Source of the DNA: Stegostoma tigrinum
Taxonomy: Eukaryota
Reading direction: 5' to 3'
DNA: 64,000 bases
NCBI RefSeq assembly: GCF_030684315.1
Contig: NC_081358.1
Location: 76,507,817-76,571,816, forward strand
The position numbers and the translations under genes were made by a program. Below, piece by piece: positions 49,451-61,829 of the stretch (position 1 is its first letter; each line of letters starts with the position of its first letter). The notes under the pieces are model-generated. The model made no database searches and was not told where the DNA came from. It worked only from the letters and a program-made list of their open reading frames with translations.

Positions 49451-49839
49451 TAAGTGTGCTACCAAACCACTTAATTAAGTTTATAATGTGGATGTGATTC
49501 AAGAGGTTATTGTTTATGGTGCAGTTCAGCATAAATGGATTAAATTGAAGAATAAAACAAATTTGTCCACTTCAGAGCTAGCAGAATGTAGGGCATGGTG
49601 GAGATTTTTATCTCCGTTATCATCTCTTCCATAAAAGTGTGTTTGACTGGTGATTGTGTCTCACATTATCTCTGCTAATTTGCTTGGAAATGAATACCAG
49701 AAAGACCTTGGGTCTAATATACTTGCAGGAAAATTTAATAGGTAGTTTACTAGCTTTTAACTTTCCTGTGAGTCTGACTATGTCATTATCCCTAATATAG
49801 TCTTTGATATACCTTTTTCTCAGGTATATAAGTAATTAC

Positions 49840-50230
49840 CAGGAAGTACAGAATTCAGATGTACTAGAAATTACAAATGCTAATATAAAGAACGCTGTTT
49901 TACATTGGCAAAAAATAATTCATACAGATATTGCACATTTCACATGCTGACAAAGGGGCTGTGAAGACTGCCAGCCACTACTGCGATCCCATGGTAACGT
50001 ACAGAATCAACCTCCCTGCTCCAAGAATGAAGATTGACAGTTCTTGCTGTGTCTCCATGCCAATGATGACCCAGCAATCAGAGCCCTCTTCTTATGCTGT
50101 ATAAATTATTGTCCCTTAACAAGGCTGTTACTTACGTTCTTGTCCTGATGAGTGAAGGATGAAAAATTTTACCTTCTTATTTCCTTTTAGCAATGTTTTA
50201 GTTCTGTACTATCAAGCAATTATTTTGAAA
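49840..50230 (+). mobile_element. 3' end / pLTR of the third PLE family in inverted orientation, with a decayed hammerhead at 50145-50170
   Basis: Resembles the reverse complement of 47215-47380 (tactag..tac, catttc, agactgcca); gtc-CTGATGA-gtgaaggat-GAAA. Confidence 0.5.
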
Positions 50231-51111
50231 CAAAAAATATACTGAAATCATTGACAGATCCCAAATCTCCAGCTGATTTGATTATACTTCACATCTTAAA
50301 AGATTCCTTATGTAGGAATATTAGTTAAACAGACTTTCTAGCTGGATTAAATATAACATTGGGACTCCACATTTTTAATCAAGTCATAAGGTATATCTCT
50401 TCTCAAATCCTATAAATTTTAATTGCTCAGTTCATCCAAACTGCGTCTTTTCTAATGGCAGGATAATTTACTCATTTGCCTTTTATTTGAATTCTAAATT
50501 AGTTACGCATTTTCATTGCAAATAGTTTACTACAATGATACTTCCTGAGTTATTGAATATCAACATTACATTTTTTTTTGCATTCGTACATTCTGAAATG
50601 CTAACTGTAATAATGGTTGAGACTGGTGGCTATCAATCCAGCCGGGCAGTGGGTCTTGGGAAGATTTGTATTGTCCAACTGCGTACCTCTCTTACACAGT
50701 TATGTCCAAACACAGAAGACCCTACAGAAGGAACATACAGTATCCACAGGTAGGCTGCTAGGGGTTCAGAGTACATTCTCACCCTCTCTACCACTGTTTT
50801 GATTTAGCTCCTTAAGTTTGCTTAGTTTTGTTGGTCCATTTTCAAATGCTTCTAGTAGATAATTTTATTTCTAATTTGGTTTAATTTTAAAAATATACAT
50901 TATGACAAGTTATATGGTGCACCTGGTTCCTGATGTGTATTTCAACCATCAATGTTTGGTGACAAAGAGATTTCCCTGAAATTGAGAATGGCTCAAGGTT
51001 GCTGGTTGATTTGCTGTATGCCTCACAAAGAATCACCTGGTGAGGGCAATGAAATCACTGCATTAATTGCCAATCAAATTTGCCATTGAGTGTTAGAGCT
51101 GGTACCAAATA

Positions 51112-52062
51112 GCATAAGACCATAAGATATAGGAGTAAACAAAGTCCATTCACTCCATCGGGTCCATCAGGAATTAGGCCATTCAATCATCTTTCTCAAC
51201 CCCATTCTCCTGTCTTCTCCCCATAACCCTTAATCTCTTTACTAATCAAGGGTCTATCTATTGCTGTCTTAAATTTACTCAATGACTTGGCTTCCACAGC
51301 CTTCTTCGGAAATGAGTTCCACAGATTCACCACTCTCTCGCTGAAGAAATTCCTTTTCATCTCAGTTCAAAAAGGTCATTCCTTCACTCTGAGGTTGTGC
51401 CCTTCAGCCCTAGTTTCTCCTACTCGTGGAAATGTCTTCCCCACATCCACTCTATCCAGGTCTGTCAGTATTCTGTAAGTTTCAATCAGATTCCCCGCCA
51501 TCCTTCTAAACTCCATCAAGTACAGACCCAGAGTCCTCAAATATTGCTTACTTGACAAGATCATTGTTGTAAAGTCCTTTGGACTCCCCACTCCCCAAGG
51601 CCAGCACATTCTTTCTTAAATAAGGGGCACAAAACTTCTCATAATATTCCCAATATGGTTTGACCAGAGCCTTTTACAGCCTGAGCAGTATATCTTGTAC
51701 TCATGCATTCTAACCCTCTTGAAATAAATATTGACACTGGATTTGGTTTCCTAATTGTTAGCTGAACATGCATGTGAATTAGGAGAATTTTGATTGAGGA
51801 CTCCTAAGTCTCTTTGTGCTTCAGATTTCCCCATTTAGAAAATAGCCAGTGCCTCTATTCTTCCCACCAAAATGAATAACCTTACACTTTGCCACACTGT
51901 ATTTTGTCTGCCTCTTCTTTGACCACTCTCCTAGCCAGTCCAAGTCCTTCTGCAGCCTCCCTCCTCTTCAACACCACTGCCCCTTATCCTATCTTTGTGT
52001 CACCTGCAAACTTAGCAACAATGCCCTCTATTCCTTCATCCAGATTGTTAATGTTTAATGTG
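51112..52062 (-). mobile_element. Degraded CR1 3' half
   Basis: INNLDEGIEGIVAKFAGDTKIG; LIETYRILTDLDRVDVGKTFP; cataagaccataag terminus. Confidence 0.88.
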
Positions 52063-53060
52063 AATGAGCAGATTTGAAAGAAGCAAATTGCTGTCCCTGC
52101 AATACCAATCAACCTTTTGAGTCCGGTAAGGGAACATTTTAAATTGTGGATATGTGTTCCTGCAGGAAATAGATGAATGTTAGGCATTTTGTAAAAGCTA
52201 CATTTTTTTTGTCATACTTTTCCTTTCTGTAGCTTTATTTTTCCCTTTCATCCAATCATTTTTTACTTTTTTTTTATTTCTCTGGACCTGGTTTAACTAT
52301 CCTTTACCTTATTCCCTTTTCCATCATTCATCTGTTTCTTTCTGAACCTTTAAATTTCATTGATTAAGGAGATAAACAGTTGATCCAGTCATTTCACTCG
52401 GCCCATAGTTGCTCAACATTTTGCATTTTCAGTAGCTTACAGAGCAAAACGTGTTTCAACTGAAGTCCATCTGTATAAATTCAGAAGACTCCAGCAAAAC
52501 CTGCCCTATTAGCTCATATAACTTGCCTTCTACAACTTTGCTGTAATGTGATTTCATATTGAACGTGTCAATTTTCCTTCATTGTTGCATTAATTTGAAG
52601 CTAACCAGCTGAATAATTGGATCCATAAACAGCAAGCTGCAGTAGGAACAGAAGTTGATCCTGCACTGTCTGCACTATTATGAATTTTGCAAATGAATGC
52701 ATTTTGCCACAGGGATATCAGGATAGGAAAATAATTCTTGCCAGTTGTTTAAAAAGAGACAAAAAGAACTTACATTTAAAAATGATTTGATTTCATTTGA
52801 TTTACTGTTGTCATATGTAACTAAGTATCGCGAAAAAGTGTGTTTGCAAGTGGCACAGGCAGATCATTGCAAACAAGGACAATAAGGATATTCCAAAGCA
52901 TTTTACGCCCAATGACGTACATTTGAAGAGTAATCATGGTTGTAATGTAGATTATCTTATATACGTAACATCATTTTATAAATTTGAGTTTTCCATTTTT
53001 AAGTTAATAAACTGGGTTTTCTATGTATCTGAAGTTAAAATTTGACTTATAAGTATTTTT

Positions 53061-54220
53061 GTAGCCATGGTGATTTATTTTGTTGTGGCTTTTGAGGGCC
53101 TAGATTTAGAACTAATGTGTTTGTATGTACATTGTTCAGGTTTTAGGCAGGAAAAGGATAAACAAGCTCAAGTTCTAAGATTTGGAAAGGTTTCTTTAAG
53201 CTTAAGGGAAACACTCATAGCTTTGGTAGTGATTTTGTTTTCAGTTTTACTATAGTTTTAAGCAATCTTATAAAATTCTTGGATGAAGATGTTTGTACAG
53301 ACCGGTGCTCCCTGAGAAGAGAAGGGTTTAGTGATATTAGACTATCTCAGAGTGATAAGTCAGTTTCAGTCCTAGATCATAATGGTTGGGATAAAACCCT
53401 GAAGAGAATACTTGAAGCTGAGTACATTTAAGCTCAGGTGTATACTAGCTCCAAGAAGAAGCAGTTCCTATCATTAAGTTAAAGTCACTAGCTAGTTAAA
53501 ATTATTGAGGTGTTAGAGACTCTGATGTAAGCCCTACATAAGTGGTATTTTGGGTACTAAACAAGTTTCATGTTTGGGTATATGCCAGAGGTGTGATTTG
53601 GGTACTACACAAAAACTGTTGTTCCTCGTTTCACTTTGTCAATGAGTATCTGGGGATTAATGGGATTATATTTTTACTGTGTGTTTAATTTGTGTTACAA
53701 GTTGATAGTTTGGTCTATTCTATTTTATCTAATTTTTTGTTAATGAACTTCTGTTTTATTATTAAAGGAAAATCAGCAGCATCGTGTGATTAGGTTACAT
53801 TGCAACGCTTCTTTGTTAAAACCAAAGCAAAACAACTTCAGCGCTCCTGAAACAACCACTACAACAGTTGCTACATATTTCCATCTACACTTCATGAATG
53901 ACCTGTGCAGATTGATATATCATTTTTTCAACATTTATCTATTTTTGTCCCAGTTCTTACCCCCAATTTGTGTGTACTTATGTGCTGCATTTTTATTATT
54001 GTCTCACTTAGTAACTAATAAACTGGCTATTTTGTTAATTCAAGAAAGCCTGGTTAAATTGCCTCCTTTTAAAATATGAAACCATTTTGTCTGGGAAAAG
54101 AGTTAATGGTGATTTAAGAAGATGAGATAGTTAAGAACTTAAGAGTCAGGATAGTTAGCAACTTAATTATTTAGGTTATCCTGACTGGAATCATAATAAC
54201 TTGGGGAACCTCACCTTGGA
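53061..54220 (+). mobile_element. Probable LTR relic followed by a decayed tRNA-Pro-like primer-binding site
   Basis: Begins tgtagcc; T-rich U5-like part (aatgaacttctgttttattattaaa); ends gaatcataata then acttggggaacctcaccttggat, similar to tgggggctcgtccgggat. Confidence 0.45.
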
Positions 54221-54864
54221 TCTTTTGGAGATCTTTTAACTTTGTTGTTTGTTTGGCTTGACATGTTCATTCCATGTAGACCTTCAATCTCAATAAGTCA
54301 GCATATCTTAATGGCTTGCTTTCCTGCATCAGATACACTCAAGCCCGAAACCATTGCTCTGAATGCTCTTATATATTGTAAATTCTGTTAGACGTCTTCT
54401 GTAGCATTTTTGTGGATAGTTTAACAATATGCCTTTAATATTTGCCCCAGTGCAAACCTGATCATTTGCCTCTCTTAAGTGAATCAAACTGGGCTGTCAA
54501 CAAAGAATTACTAGCATGCTGTGTTTTTAACACACTTGAAAACACATCAACGTTGTCTCAGTGAATTCAACTTGACTTAAGACTGTCAACCATTTAGATT
54601 AACTCACTAGCTGGCAGTTTCAAATGCAATAACCTTCATCAGTACAATGTTTTCACTGCTGTCCACCATGCCATATTCATGATAATGTTCTAATAATCAC
54701 TCACCAGGGATTGATTAACTCCATGGGTTAATCTATTTAAAGGTTATGTTAGAATTTATCAACAGACATTACAGCAAACCAACTAATTTTTGTATGCACA
54801 GCTTGCAAATCCACTGCAGGCAAGCTGCTGGCTGAATCCCAACATTGTAATCTTTTCAATCCTG

Positions 54865-55385
54865 CAGATGATACAAACCTTGGCGGAAATCTAAGTTGTG
54901 AAGAGGATGCAAAGATGCTTCGGGGGCATTTGGACGGACTGAGAGAGTGGGGAAGATCACGGCAGATAAAATGTAATGTGGATAAGGGTGAAGTTACCCA
55001 CTGTACTCAGAGGATGAAAGATGCAGAGCAAATGGTGAGAGATTGGACCGTGTTGATGTCCAATAAAACCCAGGTATCTTTGCTTATATGTCACTGAAAG
55101 TGAACATGCAGGTGTAGTGAGCAATTTGGAAGCCAAAACATATGTTAGCCTTTATTACATGAGGAGTTGAGTGCAGGAGCAAAGAACAGGTGTTTCAGTT
55201 GTTTAGAACACTGGTGAGACTGTAACTGGAGTTGTGTGGAATTCTGGTCTCCTTGTCTAAGGAAGAATATACATGCTATAGAGAGATTGCAGCAGATGCT
55301 CACCAGCTTGATTCTTGAGATCTATCCAATAAGGAGGGTCAGGAAACTGGGTCTCTTTTCACCATAGTTTGAAAGAACAAGAAGG
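54865..55385 (+). mobile_element. Old CR1 RT fragment
   Basis: gcagatgatacaaac (ADDT), LREWGRSRQIKCNVDKGEVTH, ctggtgagac..ctggagt. Confidence 0.8.
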
Positions 55386-55956
55386 TGAATTCTCTTGGGG
55401 TGAAATATGAAAACTGAAGGACAACTAAGCTGAGAGGGATGACTATGAACCATGAAATCAATGCCTATCTGCCAAATATAACTTAGAAAAAAGGTCTAAA
55501 TGTTACAATCTATATTCAGTTGTCTCACTGGTTATAATGTACAGGTATTCAATGCAGTCACAAAATGCATGAACTCTCATTGTGTTCCTGAGTATTTGTT
55601 AATCTGTGGCTACGTTCATTAATTAATTCTAAAACATACAATAACTCAATCTCTTTTAAAAAATTATCCTAGATTGCTCAATGCTTAATCTAAAAACCAA
55701 CTTTGGCCTGAAGTTTCCTGCAGTATTATGTAGGTGGGAACTCTAAAGGTAGTAGGACGAAACCCCAGTGCCTTCACACTGTCATGGCATATTACCAGTG
55801 GTGCAAACCTCTGTGGCAAAGCAGCTCACTGGCTGCCCAGTTTGCCCAAATAAGAGCTACTTGCCAATCCCTGGTACTTTTTTTTCCCTCATCAGGAGGG
55901 CCAGCTGCCATGAATATACACCTGACTTAGAACCACATGAGAATAATACATCTTGG

Positions 55957-56050
55957 ATATAACACAATGTGGAGCTGAGGAACATAGCAGGCCAGAAAGC
56001 ATCAGAGGAGCAGGAAAGTTGATTTTTCAGGTTGGAACCCTTCTTCAGAA
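55957..56050 (-). mobile_element. Short PLE terminal fragment with hammerhead-like core
   Basis: Minus strand CUGAAGAA-GGGU(UCCA)ACCU-GAAAAAUC-aactttcctgctcctctgatgc. Confidence 0.7.
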
Positions 56051-56474
56051 AAGGTATCAGAAAACGTAAGGATACCTGTCCTTTAACCATTAAACTAGGA
56101 GTTAAGTAATTGACTATTGACAGTTCTTTTGAATTGTAAAAACATAAGATCAAAGTACATTTGCAGCGCTGTAATGTTGTTTGTTCTAAAAACTCCCAAC
56201 TGCCCTCCAGATGTTTTGGAACATCTTTCGGAAGTCTGTGCTGTGATGTCTCCTGGCTTTGGTATTTGTTGTTTTAGATTAGAACCAAAATCTCTTACAC
56301 TTCAATAACTGCATGTGCACTGCTGCATTTTCATTATCAATAACAATGCACACATTCATATGAAAGTAAGTTATTACAGTGGCTATTATCTGAAAAATTT
56401 CTTGTTCTTGGTGCTATTTGTGTCTGTTTGCCAAGATTCAATGGTGTGATTCCTTAATCTCTGCTCTCTGCAGG

Positions 56475-56670
56475 GCTTGAGTGAATCAGATGGGTTTTTT
56501 TACAAAACTCAACAATGATTTCATGGTTATCATTAGTATTTTAACTTCAGATTTTTATTGGACTTAAATCCCAATGTGTGCAATGGTGAGATTCGTGACT
56601 GAGTCCATGGTTATCACCTGAGTCCCTGGACGACTAGTCCAGTAACAAATCCATTAAACCATCACTTCTC
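56475..56670 (-). mobile_element. 5' half of a tRNA-derived SINE (62108-62445 family)
   Basis: gtgaatcagatgggttttt..tcatggttatcatt..cagatttttattg..gactagtccagt. Confidence 0.7.
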
Positions 56671-57566
56671 TGGAAGTCTGGAAGCTAAATGACTGATTTT
56701 CTTTCCTTCTAACTGTCAGATCTGCACCGACACAACAATAGAATATAAAATAATAGTTCCTTTCATTATCAATTGGTGCGCACATGTAATAAATTTACTA
56801 TTTATAACTGTTCTTTAATAAGCAAGTATCCCACTGATGTCATTAAGTGGGAATTGTCAATATATCTTCCAATAATGGGAGATCAAGACACTTTAGGTAA
56901 TTTTTACATTGTATCTACAGATTTAAAAAGCGACCCAAGGGAAAGTACAAAGCACTGTACTAAACAAGGTTTGTTAAAAAAAAATCATTTTGAAAATAGA
57001 AGATTAGTATTTAGGAAAGATGGTTGCTGCTGAACAGTTTGAAAGTGGTTCTTCATTAAATTTAGCGATATGTTTGAGAGTAAGGATCAAGCATAGAGAG
57101 AAGAATTAAATTAAGGCAGTGCCTTGGGGAGCCATTTTACTGTCTGATGTCCAAAGGAGAAGAAATGTAGGCTGTTTGTGGTAATTCATGGCTGGCAGTG
57201 TAAACAAGCTTTTACTTCTAAGACGCACTGCTGAAGAAAGCAGTGTGCAAGTCATAAGACTGATAAACCCAATGTCTTCCTTAGTGAAAGGATGTATGAA
57301 TCAGTGAATGAATAGATATCATGTGTATCCAATGCAAAATGGACTGATTCGAATGACCAGAGTTCAGGTGCTGAAACAAGCTACTCAGGATTAGAATCCA
57401 GGGAGTGAAAATTGCCAAAGATTGGCTAAGTGTCACTTTTTGTGAGTTCCTTGGGAAATTTCTCTCTGTGAGGCCGAGCAAGTTTTCCCATACTACTGTC
57501 TCCATTTTGCCCGATTAGCTATGTACCATACCTCAACGGCACTGTTTGCACTGTCATATACTGAAT

Positions 57567-57897
57567 AGGTGGCACACTGGTTAGCACTGCTGCCTCACAT
57601 GCCAGGGACCCAGGTTCGATTACACCCTCGGGTGACTGTCTGTATGGAGTTTGTACATCCTGCCTGTGTCTGTGTACGATTCCTCCGGGCGCCCCGGTTT
57701 CCTCAGTCCAAAGATACACAGGTTAAGTGGATTCGCCATGCTAAATTGCTCATTGCTTCCAGGGACGTGTAGGTTAGCCACAGGAAATGCAGGGTTATAG
57801 AGATAGGGTGGGTGGTGGGGCTGGGTGGGATGATCTTTAGCGGGTTGGTGTGAAGTGATGGACTGAATGGCCTGCTTCCACACTGTAGGGCTTCTGT
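57567..57897 (+). mobile_element. HE1-type V-SINE
   Basis: ggttagcactgctgcctcac..ggttcgatt (A/B boxes), V-domain, ccacactgtaggg tail. Confidence 0.9.
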
Positions 57898-59539
57898 AAG
57901 TACTCGCTGGTATCGCAATGCCCCATGATTCTCAGCACTGGAGCCCAGTCATGCAGCAGGGCAGGAGCTGGCCTTTACAGTGCATTAGTGGGAGGGAGAT
58001 GAAAAAGAAACAGTTCTGAAAGCACATTGGTGCAAGGCTGCCATTTCACGCAAATGCAATTGCAGTCGCAAATGTAATGTAGTTGAGAATGAATTTACCC
58101 GCCGTAGTATGATCTCATCACAGGATCGTGACTAAGGAAGCACTGTTCTTTCCTGGATGCCCAGTGTGGCCTGACAGATTACATACTAGAAGGCTTCAAA
58201 AGGTTGAAACGGTTCAGTTTTATTCAACAATGGCATAAGTGAAAAAGTCAGGCAAATAAAAGCTGTAATTTATTCTGGGGGAAAACAAGGACTTCTTGCC
58301 TATTGATCAGCAACAAAGTTTAAGTTAATGAATGATCATAGCATCATAACAAGAACAATGATAACCCCTGTTTTTGCTGGATCCATTCATTATGTTTCCA
58401 CTGGAATATCAGAAACAGAACAAGTCCTTGGTAATGTAAGCAGTTCACATTCACATCACATCAAAATTATGGTGAAGCATATTCCTCCATACAGTGAGAC
58501 ATTGAGGACTCCAACAAGAAGAGCCATGGGATGCCATTGCATTGACATTGACATGAATCTTATTCCAATGTATGCATTAGAACACATGTCACACAAATAC
58601 AGTGAAAAGAGTGCACGCAATAGATTTGCTGATACCTTGTCCCCACCCACATCGCCCAGCATTGCATATAAGGGCATCAAATACCTGCAGTTCAAGGTGA
58701 GCAGAATTCAGCTCCAAACCCTATGTACAGTGATGAGATCTTGGATCATCTTTGTGAATTGTAGCCCTCTAGTGACAATTCCCTGCTCATCTGTAATTAC
58801 TTCTGCTTCCCAGTGATGACTGTGGTCAATCTGTAATGACTGACGACATTGTCAAGGTTGTTTGTGGCCAGGATTTGTAAGCCACACATTTAGAAATTGC
58901 ATGCATTTCACTGACTGGGTGCTATGCTTACAGATGTGTTTAGCCGCTACTGTGTAAGTATCTGATTGACACAGCTGCTCCTTGAAGAGCCTCACATTGG
59001 TGACAAATAGAACCCAGCTGGTCAGACAGGAAAAAAACACCTCCTCCATCCACTCTTAAGTGTGGATGCAGCTACTTTCTATTTCCAGTGCGTGTACGTG
59101 AAGAGGGGAGTCAGAGCGAATCGAACTTGGCATAATGATTGACATGCACAGCTTTGGCAGCCAGGACCCTTCACCCCCAGAACTCCATGTTCTTTTATTC
59201 CTTTCACTGTTGGTCCTGAGTCAATCAGTACTGAGTTACTACTGTTCCAATACATCTCTCTGAATAATGATTATCCCCTGAGCCCTGGCGCTACAGCTTA
59301 GTCATAATAACAATCATGGTGCAGTGTCCCCAAGTCGAGGCCATGGTGATTCTGATCATTGATGAGCCACCCTTCCCACAATAATCCATGTCCTCCAATG
59401 CACACCTGTCTCCCCCATCTGTGTGTCGAGTCTTTCCCCCTTCACAATTATTGCCTCCTCGTCATTCCAACATACTGTCTCCAATCTCCACAATCACTTC
59501 CCTAGCACTTCACCATCATTGAGCTGACACTGATCCCAA

Positions 59540-60200
59540 TGGCAGATACTCCCAAGTGGGCAGGCCCTTGACTAGTATCTGTGCAGCTTCTGCACTGACT
59601 TAGTGTAAATCTGTGAACTGATTGAACTGGGCATTCAGGGGATCTTACTCCCTCACCCTGACTGCCCTAAAGAGTGGACTGATTATTTCTAAACCCATGG
59701 TACTGGATGCTAGTCTTGCGGGACCCACTGACTGGAGGCTGTCTCCATTGACTTGTCCATGGATGACACCCTCTAGGCTTTGAGACATGGCTATTTGGTT
59801 AAAGCGTACACATTGTGCTTGCTGTGTAAGCTGCTGGTACGTGGTGCACATTTGAGACTGACATAGCAGGCTGTCATGCAGCAACAGTGGCCACCCACTA
59901 GACTCTCAACGCTGAATACTGTGACAAACTGCCTGGCTTTATGTCTGCAAGGTCGAAGTACTTTGAGCCTTCAAGCAACGGCTGAGGGGGAATAGCACAA
60001 AAAGATAAGGCATGTGATTTTGAAGATTGAAGAGTGTAGGCTGCAATGAAAAGGGGGCAATTTAAGTAGGTGCAAAGTAACTGAGTGAAGAGTGCAAGCA
60101 AGGAGCCCTGAGTGTGTCAGATCCAATCCATTAGTTGGGAGTGTCTGCCCCATGTACAAAATCTCCTCACAGCAGCATTACAGTGGAAGGTACTGACATG
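59540..60200. repeat. Old unclassified repeat, homologous to ~300-910
   Basis: Same ordered blocks and same orientation as 300-910. Confidence 0.6.
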
Positions 60201-60510
60201 CTCCAAATTGAAGCTTTGAAGTGGATAACTCCATGTAATTTGGTTGGAGATGTACCACAAGGGTGGGGTGAGGCTGCTACATCCAATGCCAACCTCTGTG
60301 GGTGCACAGTGCAGATGGTCACTGCCCATTAAGCTTCACCTGTGATCTTGGGCACTGCTGTCCAAGATGGAGCAAGCAGTGAGCTAGATTAACCAGCTAT
60401 CCACTTCAATTTTCATCTCAGCAATTGTCACTACAAGTACATTCTGCCATAATGTGATAGTTACGTTCCTGCGCAACATCACGTTATGGAAAATCACGCT
60501 GTAGAAATAG

Positions 60511-60821
60511 GGAGTGGCATGGTGGCTCAGTGGTTAGCACTGCAGCTTCACAGTGCCAGGGACCTGGGTTCAATTCCTGCCTCGGGTAACTGTCTGTGTG
60601 GAGTTTGCACATTCTCCCCGTGTCTGCATGGGTTTTCTCCGGGTGCTCCAGTTTCCTCCCACAGTCCAAAGATGTGCAGGTTAGGTGGATTGGCCATGCC
60701 AAATTGCCCATAGTGTTCAGGGGCGTATGGGGGATGGGTCTGGGTGGGATGCTTCAACAGGTGGTGTGGACTTGTTGGGCCAAAGGGCCTGTTTCCACAC
60801 TGTAGGGAATCTAATCTAATC
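60511..60821 (+). mobile_element. Full-length HE1-type V-SINE with 6-bp TSD
   Basis: gtggctcagtggtt A box, ggttcaattcc B box, V-domain gtgtggagtttgcacattctccccgtgtctgc, (aatct)n tail; aaatag at 60505 and 60822. Confidence 0.95.
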
Positions 60822-60975
60822 AAATAGCGGGACCTATGGAAAAAGTGGGGTTGGGGCAGACCACCAAAACTTATGACTCAAAATCACTCAGAAGCTTAAC
60901 ACATAGAATAGCATAGTTTGAATAAATGTTTAATTCATATCTAATAATGAAATAAAAGTAAATTTAACACCTTAC

Positions 60976-61121
60976 CCTGAAAGATGACTTGATGGCGGAG
61001 GAGGTTTTGAGGTCGCTCTGGTGTTAATGCAGGGGCTGAGGGCTGGCATGGAGGCTCCTTCGGCACTAACATTTGCCATGCTTAGGACAAAGCCCGCGAA
61101 ATGATCATGTAATGTCGACAT
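60976..61121 (-). other. Candidate exon of an unidentified minus-strand gene
   Basis: Unique, CpG-enriched sequence; open from ATG (MSTLHDHFAGFVLSMANVSAEG..PPPPSSHLS) to the donor CAGG|gtaagg; no homolog recognised. Confidence 0.25.
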
Positions 61122-61829
61122 GTACTCTCCTCCGTGCACTAATGGAGTTGTGTTATAGCCAACACAAGTTTGCGTTTTAGAAGTAGCATTCCACTGTCTG
61201 TCAGTTGTGTTTTTGCCAGTTCACACTACTGGAATGCATATTACAGAGTTTCACTCCAGCTCATGGGAAAATGGGTAAATGCATAGCAATGAGATGAGGT
61301 TGAAGAGATGTTAATGCATGCAGGGAGGCCTCTGCACCTCACTAGCAAGGCTCTTGTCTCTTGCCCTTCAAAACTTAGTTACAGAATCTGGCTTTTTGTT
61401 AATCATTGCGAGAATCTCATTTTTCTGATCTCACCATTTCTTTCAACTAACATGTTATTGCCCACATTTTTCAGGAGCTGGGAAGATTCTATCCTCGGAA
61501 ACAATATCTGTGGTCAACTTCATCTTTGGCTTCAGCTGAGAAAACTATACCCTAACTTTAACATTTTTTCTCATTTGTCTTGTTAACAGAACCAATGATA
61601 TTGTCCATCTCGAATTACATAGGAGATGTTGGTGTTGAGTCTTGAGTGACTGCACTTTATCTGTTTATAGATTCAGTCACAGTCGGGTGGGAGTTCCAGG
61701 ATTTCCACTCAGCCACAATGAAGCAATGGCAATGCAGTTCCAAGCAAAGATCGTGCATTTACCCTTTCAGATGGCTACAAAAGTTGTCTGGGCTACCAAT
61801 AAAGTGAGCTTTCTCCAAGATGATGTGAA

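Noticed and set aside
58328-58816. 162-aa plus-strand ORF with an overlapping minus ORF
   Set aside because: No recognisable domain, no convincing splice or start context, and a length compatible with chance.
60511-60590. tRNA-like sequence with A and B boxes (also at 38430-38507, 48446 and 57567)
   Set aside because: These are SINE heads continuing into a V-domain and LINE tail, not tRNA genes.
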